Assembly (NCBI GenBank): GCA_016748015.1
Contig: JAAOMT010000129.1
Span: 1,031,866-1,095,865, forward strand
Length of the DNA: 64,000 bases
From: Geosiphon pyriformis uo1
Lineage: Eukaryota > Fungi > Glomeromycota
Direction: 5' to 3'
A program made the translations under genes and the position numbers. Positions 11,993 through 25,124 of the stretch are shown one piece after another (positions within the stretch are counted from its first letter, which is position 1; every line of letters starts with the position of its first letter). A model generated the notes under the pieces. The model saw nothing but the letters and a program-made list of their open reading frames with translations. It did no database searches and had not been told where the DNA came from.

Positions 11993-14900
11993 GCTATCAA
12001 TAACCAAAAAAGTGAAATTCTAAAAAGAATTGTTTTAAATGATGATGATGATAAATTTTAATTATAACATTTATGGATTCAAGAAAGTGATATACTTTTC
12101 CATTTTCGAAATGTGGCTGAACTAGTTCAAAATTCACCAGGTTGAAAAATTTGATATATATATATATATATTTATTTATTTTTGTATTTTTATGGTTTTT
12201 TTATTCGCCAAATTTTTTTTCTTAGATTCCGATTCTTAATGTAATAAAAAACAAAACGAGGTCCAATATTAATAAACTTTTCTTCTATTAATATTTGGGG
12301 TTTAAACAGTTTTTGTTGTTGTTGTTGTTGTTGTTGTAGCTAAAAAATTTGCAAATCATTAAAAACAATTATTAAATTTTGATATAATTTTTGGATTAAG
12401 CTGAAAAATTTGAAAACAAATTAAAGAAACTAAACTTGATTTAACATTCTAAAGATTATAAATATATATATATATATTTATATATTTATATATACATTAA
12501 CTCTAAAACCAATTTGCAAAGGTTTTTAATAGAATCTTAATTGATTTGTCTTACAGGTTATAATTAGCATTTGTGAAACAACGCGATAATTTGGAAATTT
12601 ATATTGGTCAAATTTTAATTTAATTGTATTTGTACCCTAATAAAGTATGAATTTCCAGTGTTGTAATAAAACGGTCAAATAAGTTAAAGAAACAAAGTAT
12701 ATATATTTAATGTTTAAGAAATTTTATAACCTTTGAGCTGACAAATAAAAGCAAAGGAATTTGTAATTATATCCAATTTAAGATCTTCTTTCATCTCAAT
12801 CCATTAATGAGGATTTTTACCCAAAAACTTAGCATTATTGTATATCTCGTTTGATAAACTTGAATTTGGATCTATATATTTCTCGATTAAAATGTCCCTA
12901 CTTTTGAAAACTAGAATTTTATTTTTCTTAATAATAAATATCAGCCAATAAACTTTCCTTGATTAAAGAAAAAAAAAAGAATAATTTCTTAAAGAATAGA
13001 CTAGTTAACTTTACCTATTTTTGGCAGCTCCAATAAATAACGCAAGCCATCGAAATTAATTCTTAATTAAACTCACAAATATTTCTATTTTTACACATAT
13101 CCAAGAAGTTTCTGAAACTTACTTGGCTCACTTTATTGAAGTAAATTCATTCATGTGGTCATTAAAAAAGATAAACTCAAAGCTAAGAAATAGTTTTGAT
13201 TGGTCCTATTCAAAATCGCTCACTAGCTTATTAAGTAAGAACAGGGTTAAAACTTTAAATTGGGCTTAAAATGCAAATCAAGAAGTGAACCACACTTTAT
13301 CATTACTTGACTAAATTTGTTAAAGAATATTTTAATACTTTTTTCCAATATAGCAAAAAGTATGGTGATCTTTTCTTGGACGTTATAACTTTTTTTAATT
13401 TTTACCTGAAATTGATTAATTCCTTACTCCTCCAAGTAAAGATATATTCAGGATAGGAAAGGTTTAATATCATTTATCTTGTATATATAATTAATGCAGT
13501 AAGACAACTTCTTTCTCTTTAAACCATTATTTTCAAACTGGTCTTTTTTTTAACCTCATTTTCAAACTTTCAATATCAATTTAATTTATTCTAAATTTTA
13601 CACTTAATTGAAATTTTTTTTTATTTAAAAGATTAATCTTTACTCCTGATAGTAATAAAGTTAAAATTTTTTCAATTGCATATTATCTTTTAGCTATTAA
13701 AAGCAGAAATTAATAAGGACCTTGAAAGTGAATTTGTGACTCATTTTTGAAGTACAAAGTGAGAACCCTAATCTTATTAAAGAAAACTAGTTTTTCAAAA
13801 ATAGAAATTCTATAGTCTAAATTTAATATTTTAATGTGATAAAATGGTTTAATAAAAAATTAAAATCAATCCCTGGTTAAGTTCAATATTATGATGATAT
13901 CCTGATATAGACAATTAGCATTATCATTAAAAAAATTTTTTTTGGAATTACGAAAAATCCGAAAGATCGGTATCTCAATCAATAAAATAATTTGCCGCAT
14001 TTTTAAAGAAATCATTTCATTTAAAATTTTAAAATTTTACAATTTTTAATTTATATAAAATTCTAATTTTAGGTGTCTTTACATAATTACTAGTATTTAA
14101 AAATAAATAAATTTTTATTTCTTTGAAGTTTAATAATAGATTTTTGGCAAAAAGTACCAAAAACCGTCTTTGTAGCCTGAAAAATAAATAGAGCAAAAGG
14201 TACTTATTTAATGAGTCTTTAAAAAATATTTATCTTTTAAAAAAGTAAAATTCTAATTTCAAAAAAATTAAAGTTTCGCATAAATACTGAAACTAGACTT
14301 TTGAATCAATTACTATAACATTCAAAGATATCGCCTTTGTGGCTTTCAAAAATTCGTTGCGTCTATTCTATATACTTATAAATATTTGAATTTCCACATG
14401 CCCATGTTCCCCAAGTTTTTGAAAATTGCGATAATTCACAAGATGTACATCAAAGTGGATCTTTTAATAGGCAATAGCATTCTTGACATTTTGGCAAGCT
14501 CACGTCAGACATATTTTGCATAGTAGATCTAGTAATTGTTATGCACAAGTTGCCAAAATCACCTATTATCACTCGATTTCATGGTTGACTTTTTTTAATT
14601 TTAATTTTGTGATAAGAACTAATATTATTAATAGCTCAATATATCTCTTATCTCATCAAGAAAGGGAAGATCAAGTGATATCAATATGCAAAGCATTATC
14701 TCGAAAGGAGAAAATCAAGTGATATTGATATATAAAACATTATTTCTCAAGATCTGAAGGCCTCAAACATTCTCTTTAGATCAAACGCTGAGCCCTTTTT
14801 TATGGTTTTTTTTTCTTTTATTAGCACAAAAAAACCTATATATTTAGATAAAAAAAGTTTTTATAAATTTGCACTGTGATACTTTGGAAAAAAGCGTTAA

Positions 14901-15059
14901 AAAAAAAAACTCCATCCAAAATACGATGGATATTAATAATTAAATGCAAAGGAATGTTCATTGCGAGCATTTATTTTTTTTAGTATTAATTAATTAGTTT
15001 AGTTATTCTTTGGTCAGAAAATATGATTTTTTTCCTGGTCCGTTGAGTAATCTGTCGAG

Positions 15060-16120
15060 TTATTTTCTTCTTGGACTGCCTGGTTCATCACTTCTTGATT
15101 AGATGTTTTAATTTTGAGTGATACTCTTCTTGGTCTTCCTGGTCTGTCACTTCTTGATTAGATTTTCTAATCTTGATTGATTCTTGGTCTGTCTGGTCCG
15201 TCACTTCTTAATTAGATGTTCTAATTTTTGAGTGATTCTCTTCTTCTTGGTCTTCCTGGTCTGTCACTTCTTAATTAGATGTTCTAATTTTGATTGATTC
15301 TTTTTTTTGGTCTCTTTGGTCCATCCTTTTTTAGTTAGATATTTTGATCAAATAAAATTAGTACTTTTTTGAATAAATGCTCACATCTCTCTTAATACAT
15401 TTTGAAAATCACTAGGTTAGTTGCTGACTTTTTAGCTCAGTCAAAATGTCGATCAAGTTTTTTAATTTCCCTTTCAAAGTCTATCTTTATTATTAATCAA
15501 AGTTTTTAATTGTTATATTAAATCAAAAATTTACATAATTATGAAAAAACAGAAAGCATAATACTCATAAACTGGCAATATCTTTAACATGTGTCAGTAT
15601 TTCAATTAATGTATTCAATATGGGCATTCAAATTTTAAAAAATTACTTTAATATTTCAATTTATTTGTCTTTGCTATTAAATAAAGTTCAAAATGCTTTT
15701 TCTAGATTTGTCGTTGTTCCTTATCCATTTTGATAGCATGCAAGGTAAATTTTATGCACCCCTTTGCTGCTTTTGATTAGAGTTTAAATGATTTTTCCTC
15801 ATTTTCCTCCATTATTATAACAAACTCCAAGATTGTATTATGCTTTTGAATAGAGTTCAAACACTTTTCCTCTATCTTTGTGAAGCACCAATTCCATTAC
15901 TGTAACAATGACCTTAAAAGAATTTTCTGCATTTCATTACTTTTGTTAAATTGGGAATAGTTTCAATCCCCATGTTCCATAGTCTATCAAACTTTTTGAA
16001 CTTTTTTCATTCAAGTAATCGAATAAATCTTTGTGTGTTTTCTGATTAAATCACCAACTTTTGAATAATAATAGTAAACTTTCTTTATTGAACCAAGAGA
16101 TGAAGTTGAAGACTTTCTTT
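15060..16120 (-). pseudogene. SEL1-like repeat protein pseudogene
   Basis: Minus-strand remnants CYSNGIG...KVFELYSK, YNLGVCYNNG, NEEKSFKL*SKAAKG and ACYQNG*GTTTNLEKAF, broken by stops and frameshifts. Confidence 0.7.
15066..15348. repeat. Minisatellite, five imperfect units of about 56-60 bp
   Basis: Unit approximately tcttcttggtcttcctggtctgtcacttcttgattagatgttctaattttga(g/t)tgat, starting near 15066, 15125, 15181, 15239 and 15299. Confidence 0.85.
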
Positions 16121-16280
16121 TCAAACAATACAAAGGGGCTATAAAAGTTTCAATATTATAAAAATTATATTTCTAAAAAGATTAGGCCTTTAAGAATTAT
16201 TAAAACGTTAGAATATAAAAGAAATGAATTGAACATAGTTCTAAATTGACTATAAATGGCTAGTTATGTTTTAATTATCC

Positions 16281-16329
<49 letters not shown>

Positions 16330-16479
16330 TTTAATCCTAAATTAAAACTAATAGCCCCCTTTTTCTAGGAGTGGTGAGAATATATAATCCAATTGACGAT
16401 TGCTTCTAAAAACTAATTTTAAGAATTTGCATTATCTTTGTGATTAATTATTGCAAGACAATTATCGATTATTAAAACG

Positions 16480-17248
16480 AGAAAATTAACGCGTTTCTTA
16501 AGTGGTATTCAAAAAATGATTCAATAGAAGAATTTTTTATTTAGATCTTATATCAATATATATATGATTGCTTTTTTGAAGAAGGATATTCTACTCGAAA
16601 AGTTGCTTCTAGTGTTGTATCACGATCTATCATTATATGCATTAAAAAAAGTTAAAAATGAAACAGGTAAACCCAGATCTAGACATTCATAACTTTTAAC
16701 TAGATATAATGACCAATTTTTTCGTTCTACTTCAGAATGTTAAAAAGTAGTAGAAATTCAACACAATTTAAAATTGACAATAATATTAATGTTAGTGTCT
16801 TACAACCGAGGGTAAAAATTTGTTGAAATTGGGGATTGTTTTACGGTACAACCCATGTCACATTTTAATGGCGGAGGGTATAGAAAAATGATTATTATGA
16901 ATGATTTCATTGGAATCTTAAACCCGTTAGATTTTGGGTACCCAAACCTTACCAAAGAAATGGCTTGGGGACAATAATATTTAGGTTCTTAATTAACCCC
17001 CGTTTAACACTTGTGGGATGAGGTTGATCGACATAGTCGTCATCTATTTCAGTAAAGAAAAAAAAAAAAAAAAAAGTCAATACATTCTGAATAATATCGA
17101 AATCGAAAAATTATTGAATCTATCCCGAATAGAATAGCGGATCTTATAAAAGATAAAAGTGGACACAGAAGGTCATATCTGCATGCATATTCGTGAATAA
17201 GTAGAATAAATGTCATATTAATTACAATTGTAAATCATTGACAAAAGA

Positions 17249-17283
<35 letters not shown>

Positions 17284-17322
17284 TATATTTAATTTTAAAT
17301 GACTTTTTTGCGAGCCACGGTA
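16480..17322 (+). mobile_element. Tc1/mariner DNA transposon remnant
   Basis: Broken transposase pieces: EEGYSTRKVAS (HTH), WG.CF, KKWLGDNNI*VLN*PP, HLWDEVDR, KIIESIPNRIADLIKDKSGH. Right end gacttttttgcgagccacgg|ta resembles a TIR plus TA target. Left TIR not found. Confidence 0.75.
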
Positions 17323-17696
17323 ATTAATCTAATATTAAATAATATATATTACAATTAAGTAATTATAATCAATAAATATTTGAAAAATAATAATTAATAA
17401 TTAATTTCAAATATAATAATAATTTTTGTTAAAATCAAAATTTAATTAAAAAATTGTAATCATTTAATTCAAAGTATTTTTTTTTTAATTAATTTCTTTG
17501 AACTATAATTTAGACATAAAATTTTATTCTACTCTTGATTTCAAAATTAATTTGGTATTTTGCAATTGCTAATATAAGAGTTTAGAAATAATATCACTAT
17601 AAAAAATAGATGTGTCAAAATTTCTTTATAATAACTTTGAGAGATATAAATTTTATACTTATTCAACCATCAATATTTAAAAAAATGTAACCAAAT

Positions 17697-19469
17697 CTAT
17701 AATTTTGAAAATGCACATTTGCCCATAGTGGTTCCAAAATAAGGACCATTATGCGGTGAGGTATCTTCTTTGTTCTTTCGCCGTGAATTAATGCATTCCT
17801 AATAAATTTTTTATTTTTATCAAATTCAAATTAAAAGATTTTCAATTAGTTGAAGCAGTAAAATTACTTGATTCTCGCCACCATTAACATTAGAACATTG
17901 AAAGATCCAATCGTCACGTTGACTGATCCAATATTCTTCCTGAGTATGAAGGTAGCTATCAGCATCGGGATAGAGGGGTACGTAATCTTTCTTGTACGTA
18001 ATACGATAGATCTGTAAGCCCGACCTAAGACTGTCCACGTAATTCGCGAATTCAGTGTTTCCTATTCGAGGTTGTCCGTATGTATAAACTTTGATTGGAT
18101 TTGTTCCAACCTTTTGCCGAATATCTAATGCTGCCAGAACTGCGTATGCTAAAAGATTTTACCAAATAATAATAATAATAATAATAATAATAATTTCAAT
18201 ATCAGATCCAAATAACAAATAAATGAATTGATTTTTACCAAATTCAAAAATGTGAAAAGGTACAAATCTTTTAGACTTACCTCCACCTAAACCAACTCCA
18301 GTTACTATTATTTCAAAATTTTGATGATCCGGTTGGCTTATTATTTCTTGAGCATTCTTCACAATCTGAGACTGAGCTAACAAATATGATTGATATATTC
18401 CACCATGAATCATTACATTTGCATTCATGCTATCCTCAAATGCAACCAACGCGTTATCCTCGAATGGCCAGTCTTGTATGGTTCTCAACTGTTTTGAACG
18501 AGCAAGACTAACGATCACCTGGCGATTTGATACAAGGACCATAAAAAATCCTAAAATATGGTTCATTATTTTGCTTAATCAATGATCAAATATTTAAAAT
18601 TTAACTAATTCTTAAGAAATTCCGAAAATATATCAATCACAACCTCGAATTTCGTCAGAAAAAGGTGCATCACCATACGTGCCACAAGAGGCTTCATTGG
18701 CCAAAAATGCATAATGTCTCAACTTTGTTAAAAATTGAGTTGAGGTGACACGCTTCCGACTGGGAGTTTCTTGAATTTCTTCATTCCCTCTATTGAAAAT
18801 CCCGTCAAAAACTTTCTTTATGGGAACTCCTTTATTTAAGGCAATTCCTTTATTCTGCTCTCCCAAAGCCTCAAGAATTAATTGTTTCTCACTGTAAGGT
18901 TCAATCAAATCTGGATTAGTATTCCCCCCGACCAGACTAGCTGGTTCGACAGGAAGTTCAATGGCCTCTTGTTCGAGGGAAATATTTTTATAATTAGCGA
19001 ATTCTGTAGATTGCTCTTTGTCATCAAGTTCCTTAGTATTATCGAAATAATTGGTTGTCGCGAGATCGAGATCGAGATCAGAAGGATTTTCCCCGGTTGG
19101 GAAATTCTCAAATGTTTCATTGTTGTAATTGGCCAGGAATGAATCAGATTTTTCTCTTAAAATATTTTCAAACTGATTTGAACCCTCAAGAGAAACATCT
19201 TCAGTATTACCAAATGATGGAAATTCATTAATTAAAGAACTTTGTCGTTTATTCTGTTCTAATGGTTTTGATTTCACCACTAGTGAATTAACAATCAGAA
19301 AGAAGAAAATGAAAATTATTAAATTCCAAATTTGAAATAAAATATTTTGATTTAATCCAAATGATTTTGGTATGATGATATTGATGATGATGTTGTTGTT
19401 GTTGTTGTGATTTTTCATATTTTTAGTTTGTATGAAAAAAGATTTTGTTGAAATTTTTTCAAGAAACAT
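17697..19469 (-). CDS. Class-3 lipase-fold protein C (GVGLGG; Ser->Gly)
   Basis: Exons 19469 (start uncertain)-18644, 18550-18281, 18148-17868, 17798-17697; intron positions as in A and B. Hydrophobic segment then NKRQ and an acidic pro-region. Motifs TGVGLGGAYAVLAAL, TYGQPRIGN, RITYKKDYVP, HNGPYFG. Confidence 0.87.
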
Positions 19470-20252
19470 ATCTATTGTAATAGGAGGAATAGATTTATAT
19501 AGTTGATATTTAAGTATGGTTTTATTATTTTTTTAACCTCTTTGAAAAAAAATAACAAAAAACAAATTTTGTACAATCAAAAAAGAAGATTTCTTCTAGA
19601 GCTCTTGAATTCATCCCATTTTTGATAACGAAAAATACCAAATAAAGTATGTTTTGAGAGTCAAGAGTAAGATTACTTTATTGGGTATATCTCGAATTAA
19701 ATTGTGATCGATTCATTTGTTCCAGACAGGAAATGTTTTGTTAATGATGGTTTCGGGTTTTCTGATTATTTTTTCAACAAATACGAAATATCAGTCTTTT
19801 TTGAAATGTTTTTTTTTGAAGTTTGATCTTTAGGGGAAAAATTTTTCAAAGTTCCCACGGGGATGTTAAAAGATTAAACTGTGAAACTCTCACAGTCAGT
19901 TACCTTTTTTTGTATAAAGAAAAAAAATGCTGGATCCGAGTCAAACACAACATTAAGGAATTAAAGTTTTTCATGCAAAAAAGTCACGCATTTTAATGGA
20001 AAAAAAAGTTTTTGAGGCTTTGAATCGATTGACGAGACTAAAATTATCAAGTTTTATTTACAAAATCATAGAAATATGAACCTCGAGGATTTAAAAAAAA
20101 TTTAAAGTTTGTAACATTTGGTGCCATCCATCATTTCTGAATACAATAGGGGTAAAAATTTTCTAATTAAGTATTATAAAATAAAATTTCCAAAGTTAAA
20201 AAAATATTATGTATATATATATACATGATTTTTAATTTTAAAAATTTTCCCA

Positions 20253-21230
20253 TCAATCACAATCTTTCTTGAAACAAATTCCATAAGGACGAACGTCCTC
20301 ATTATTTGGCGAAATCCAATATTCACCATTTAGAGTTTTTTCCGGAGAAATTCGAACAAATGTCTCGGGATTGACCCTATTTTGAATTACCATTCGATAA
20401 TTAACGCCCTCACATGAAAACCTTGTAGCATAGAAAGCGGCAACGTTAATATCAGGCGTAGAATATATGTCACGACCAAAGTGAAATCTTTCCCCTTTAC
20501 TCAACAAATATCCTTGCTCGGCAATAGAATTGGCGTTATGTTTCGCCGTCCCATGATATGAAACAGGCCATTCATTCACTATTCCCGTAGCTGTCAAGAA
20601 CATCGATGATCAATAGATGGCAAGTGTCTTTATTAATGATGCCAGTAGTCCAACAATTTTTGCTTGTCTTTGAGTTCTCTTCCATGATTCAAAAGGCGTT
20701 GTTGATTTGGAGGAATGTTTTGTTCTATTTCGATCGCTTTTTTTAGTTGCAAAACAGTGGCATTTGATAGGTCAACCGTTAGAGTGAGTATGTTTCCATT
20801 TAAGGCTTTTATATATAAATAATCTGTTCCCTGTTTGTAGAAATGGGGAGATTTATTGGAATAGCAGGCATTCTTTTGGAAATTGATGATAAAGAATTTG
20901 TTTGATAAATAGGATTTTCATGAATATTTGAATTTATAGGAATTTTAGAAATCGAGGTAATTCTAGGGTAATTATAAAAAAATCAGGTTATCTAACAGTC
21001 GACTTGTCTTTTATTATTGGTCTTATGAACATATTATAGTCTTCAAAACTGTGAACTGAACCACCTGATAAACTTGAACGGTGCAAAGATTTTACATTAA
21101 CTTGTTGAATAGAATTTCTTTTTATTTCTTGCAAACTAAGTGTTTTTTTGACATCTCCTTTCGAAAGAAAAGTTTGTCCAAAGCTTGCTGAAAATCCGGG
21201 GACAACAAGTGCCGTACTTTGGGTAGACAT
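20253..21230 (-). pseudogene. Ubiquitin-like domain fused to a PARP/NEURL4-like ADP-ribosyltransferase domain; frameshifted
   Basis: Exon 21230-20997 splices in phase 0 to 20830, which reads YLYIKALNGNILTLTVDLSNATVLQLKKAIEIEQNIPPNQQRLLNHGRELKDKQKLLDY/GIINKDTCHLLI (ubiquitin-like; frameshift near 20644). A different frame then gives WPVSYHGT...IYSTP..A..YA...QNRVNP...GEYW...VRPYGI (ART). Confidence 0.75.
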
Positions 21231-21280
21231 AATATCAATTGATCTTTCACCTTTTAGTTTAAGTTTTTGTAATGAATGAA

Positions 21281-21281
21281 A

Positions 21282-21328
<47 letters not shown>
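21281..21328. repeat. (ATAA)n microsatellite
   Basis: About 12 tandem ATAA units. Confidence 0.95.
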
Positions 21329-22300
21329 AAGTGGAAAAAATTATTTAGGAGGAATTTGAGAAAATAGTACATAACAAATTTTTAATCTTTTTTTATATCT
21401 ACCCATGAGAGAATTGTAATATAATAATATGCACTCTATTAAAGCAATCTAATTTGGGTGCTAATTATCAAAAATCTCGAGCGTGTATAGAAATTTTGTG
21501 AAATGAAGTACAGATTAATTAAATTTTTTTTAGATGTACGCTATTTCCCACATATTTGGAAAAACCTTTTAAAATCTGTTTTTAAATTAATATATATCTG
21601 ATAATTATGTACACATTTTCATTTACTAGGCTAAAGAAAAAAAATGAATGAATAAATGAATGAATGAATGAATGAAAAATATAAGGGAAACACGAAGAAA
21701 AAAAGTGAGAATTTTTTTTTAACGTGAGAAATTTTAATTGGCGTAGATATTAAATAATTAAAATAATTAAAAATTTATCCTTGTACGATATCACAGTAAT
21801 AATAATTAATAATATCAGAAAAAGTTATAGATTATCAAACATTAAAAAAATGAAAGTTTCAAGATCAATAAGTTTGGCTAAGGGGGGAAGGGGTTTTTAT
21901 TATTAATTGAAATCATCATAAAAAAAGAAAATTTCTTATTATTATTATTATGACCAAAAATTTTTCTATTATTGTGACCAAAAATTAAATATTCCTTTAT
22001 TTCAGGATTAAAAAAAGTTCAGGATGAATATTAATAAAAATCTACATTGAAATCTTGAAGATATAAATTATTTATTTTTTATTTAAAAAGATTGATTATT
22101 TACATAACCTAAAAATGTTTTAATTGTAAATTTTTAAAATAAACAAGAAAACTGAATTCTTTAAATGAAAATTTTTGGTTTCACCTTGATTATTCATGTG
22201 AAGAAGTTATACATTCAAATAATTTTTTTTTCTTAATTTTTTCTTGAATTGGTTCATTTTTTAGAAAAAAAGTTTCCTTTTTTTTTTTTTTTTTTTTTTA

Positions 22301-23236
22301 NNNNNNNNNNNNNNNNNNNNNNNNNNNNNNNNNNNNNNNNNNNNNNNNNNNNNNNNNNNNNNNNNNNNNNNNNNNNNNNNNNNNNNNNNNNNNNNNNNNN
22401 NNNNNNNNNNNNNNNNNNNNNNNNNNNNNNNNNNNNNNNNNNNNNNNNNNNNNNNNNNNNNNNNNNNNNNNNNNNNNNNNNNNNNNNNNNNNNNNNNNNN
22501 NNNNNNNNNNNNNNNNNNNNNNNNNNNNNNNNNNNNNNNNNNNNNNNNNNNNNNNNNNNNNNNNNNNNNNNNNNNNNNNNNNNNNNNNNNNNNNNNNNNN
22601 NNNNNNNNNNNNNNNNNNNNNNNNNNNNNNNNNNNNNNNNNNNNNNNNNNNNNNNNNNNNNNNNNNNNNNNNNNNNNNNNNNNNNNNNNNNNNNNNNNNN
22701 NNNNNNNNNNNNNNNNNNNNNNNNNNNNNNNNNNNNNNNNNNNNNNNNNNNNNNNNNNNNNNNNNNNNNNNNNNNNNNNNNNNNNNNNNNNNNNNNNNNN
22801 NNNNNNNNNNNNNNNNNNNNNNNNNNNNNNNNNNNNNNNNNNNNNNNNNNNNNNNNNNNNNNNNNNNNNNNNNNNNNNNNNNNNNNNNNNNNNNNNNNNN
22901 NNNNNNNNNNNNNNNNNNNNNNNNNNNNNNNNNNNNNNNNNNNNNNNNNNNNNNNNNNNNNNNNNNNNNNNNNNNNNNNNNNNNNNNNNNNNNNNNNNNN
23001 NNNNNNNNNNNNNNNNNNNNNNNNNNNNNNNNNNNNNNNNNNNNNNNNNNNNNNNNNNNNNNNNNNNNNNNNNNNNNNNNNNNNNNNNNNNNNNNNNNNN
23101 NNNNNNNNNNNNNNNNNNNNNNNNNNNNNNNNNNNNNNNNNNNNNNNNNNNNNNNNNNNNNNNNNNNNNNNNNNNNNNNNNNNNNNNNNNNNNNNNNNNN
23201 NNNNNNNNNNNNNNNNNNNNNNNNNNNNNNNNNNNN
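22301..23236. other. Assembly gap (N run)
   Basis: Run of n between poly-T and poly-A tracts. Confidence 1.
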
Positions 23237-23319
23237 AAAAAAAAAAAAAAAAAAGGTTAAATTTTTTTATTTTAATAAAAGCTAAAGTAAAATAAATTTT
23301 CATTAAATTTTGAACTCAC

Positions 23320-23896
23320 TGTTTCTTTGCTAAATAAATTATCAATATCACGTAAACAATTTGAAACCCAACCAATACTGTAATATGAACATAGATTTCT
23401 TTCAATTCATTCCGAAGTCCAACACACAATGAAAATGGTTTTATTCCTTGACAGAATTTCAGTTTCCATGTGTAAGTTGCGACTGGTTCTACCAATAGTA
23501 TCGTAGTTGTGAGAAGAAAGACTAATCCATGACTAATCGTTTTAGTCCATATCTTTAAAAAGAATTTAAAATTTATGATTGAATTTCAATAATAATTTAC
23601 ATTACATTACATTACATTATATTACAAAAAAAAAAAAAAATCGAAATCAAAAAAAAGGGACCTGTAAAAATTTTACCCACAACGATAACAGCCGATAGAG
23701 CAAATGAAAAATCAATTATCGCATTTATAGAAAATACTTCTACTGCATCCTCGATAAAGTTCATACGAGAGAAAAAATAGAATAACTCGGCGCTAACGAA
23801 CGAAAGAAAGATTCCTTCTGGACAACATATGTATTTACATATTATTTTTAGTTGAACTAGTACTTCTCTTTTAAAATTACTATGAATAAACCGCAT
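23320..23896 (-). CDS. Putative multi-pass membrane protein of unknown family, 3' part lost in the gap
   Basis: ORF from ATG 23896 with hydrophobic stretches and a probable donor gtgggt near 23680. Exon 23552-23320 is stop-free for 77 codons (IWTKTISHGLVFLLTTTILLVEP...IYVHITVLVGFQIVYVILIIYLAKK), bounded by aag and gtgagt. Confidence 0.5.
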
Positions 23897-24559
23897 TTCA
23901 AATGGATGTGATTAAATTATGAATTTTAATTGTATAAAAATTTGAAAATTTAATAAGAGAAACAAAAATATCTAGGCCATTAAAAGTTTGAATAAAGTAG
24001 AAAATTTGTTCAATGAAAACTCGTCATTGACCATTAAAAAGCATATCACCCGTGATGCAGGTTATCAAATGTTTTCAAAACATTTTTTTTTGTTTTGTTT
24101 TGTTTTGTTTTGTTTTGTTTTGAAAGAGTTAAAATCGCAATTTACAAAATAAATGTACATATTTGGATGATGTTTCATAGTTAATTTTTTTAATGGGGCA
24201 ATCGCGGATAATTTCAATCCGATGAAACTGAAAAAGTGATAAAGCAAAATATTTAATCATGGGGATTTGATTTTGGATAATTCTCAATGATGACGATAAG
24301 ATGTGATGAGTCAAGTTTTAGGTTACGCGCGGGGGTGATAAATTAAAACCAGTATTTAAATTAAAATTTATTGAAATCCTTCTGTTTTTTAAGAAATAAG
24401 AAATAATTTTCTTTTATTTCAAAAACTGTTTTTGCCAATTTAGAAGCCAGAAATTTAAAATTTTCTATTTTTATTGATTGATTGATTGATTGATTTGAAA
24501 AGAAATGATTAACAGAGAATTTAAATTAATCATCATGATTACTAATCTGTTAATTCATG

Positions 24560-24601
<42 letters not shown>

Positions 24602-25083
24602 GTGAAAAATATTGATAGTTAAAGAAATTAAAGTTAGAAAAAAAGAAGACTATATGGTTGACCACGAAAGATATTCTAGGCTCGTTAGGAGCATTTCGTT
24701 TAATAATATTGACGCTATAAAAATTGGGATGGTAAATAAAAATTTCATTTAAACATTTTATTTAGAAAAATGTTTTTTTATAAAAAAATATATGTATATG
24801 ATTATTAATACTAAATTTTACCATAACAATAAATCTGAAGTTTTGATTTTAAGATATTCATTATTTGTAACTTCAATCACTTTGACAAAAAATTTATTAT
24901 TTAAAAAAAAAAAAGGTTAGATAAAATATTTTATATGTGTAAAGTAAAAATAACGTTGTCAAATGATGAATTAAATTGTGCTGTTATAAAATAACATCAG
25001 TTTTTATGACTTTGTGACATCATAAATTTGAAATAAATAACAATTTTAAATTCATCTTAATTCTTGATGTGAAATAAAATTAT

Positions 25084-25124
25084 TGATTTGATTTGATTTG
25101 ATTTGATTTGATTTGATTTGATTT
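25084..25124. repeat. (TGATT)n microsatellite
   Basis: About 8 tandem pentamer units. Confidence 0.9.

Noticed and set aside
12865-13826. Weak inverted similarity between about 12865-12935 and 13774-13826 (possible MITE TIRs)
   Set aside because: Match is gapped and AT-rich, with no target-site duplication identified.
15066-15348. CRISPR-like array
   Set aside because: Units are similar along their whole length with no unique spacers, and the context is eukaryotic.
22249-23303. 348 and 349 aa ORFs
   Set aside because: Artefacts of translating the N gap.
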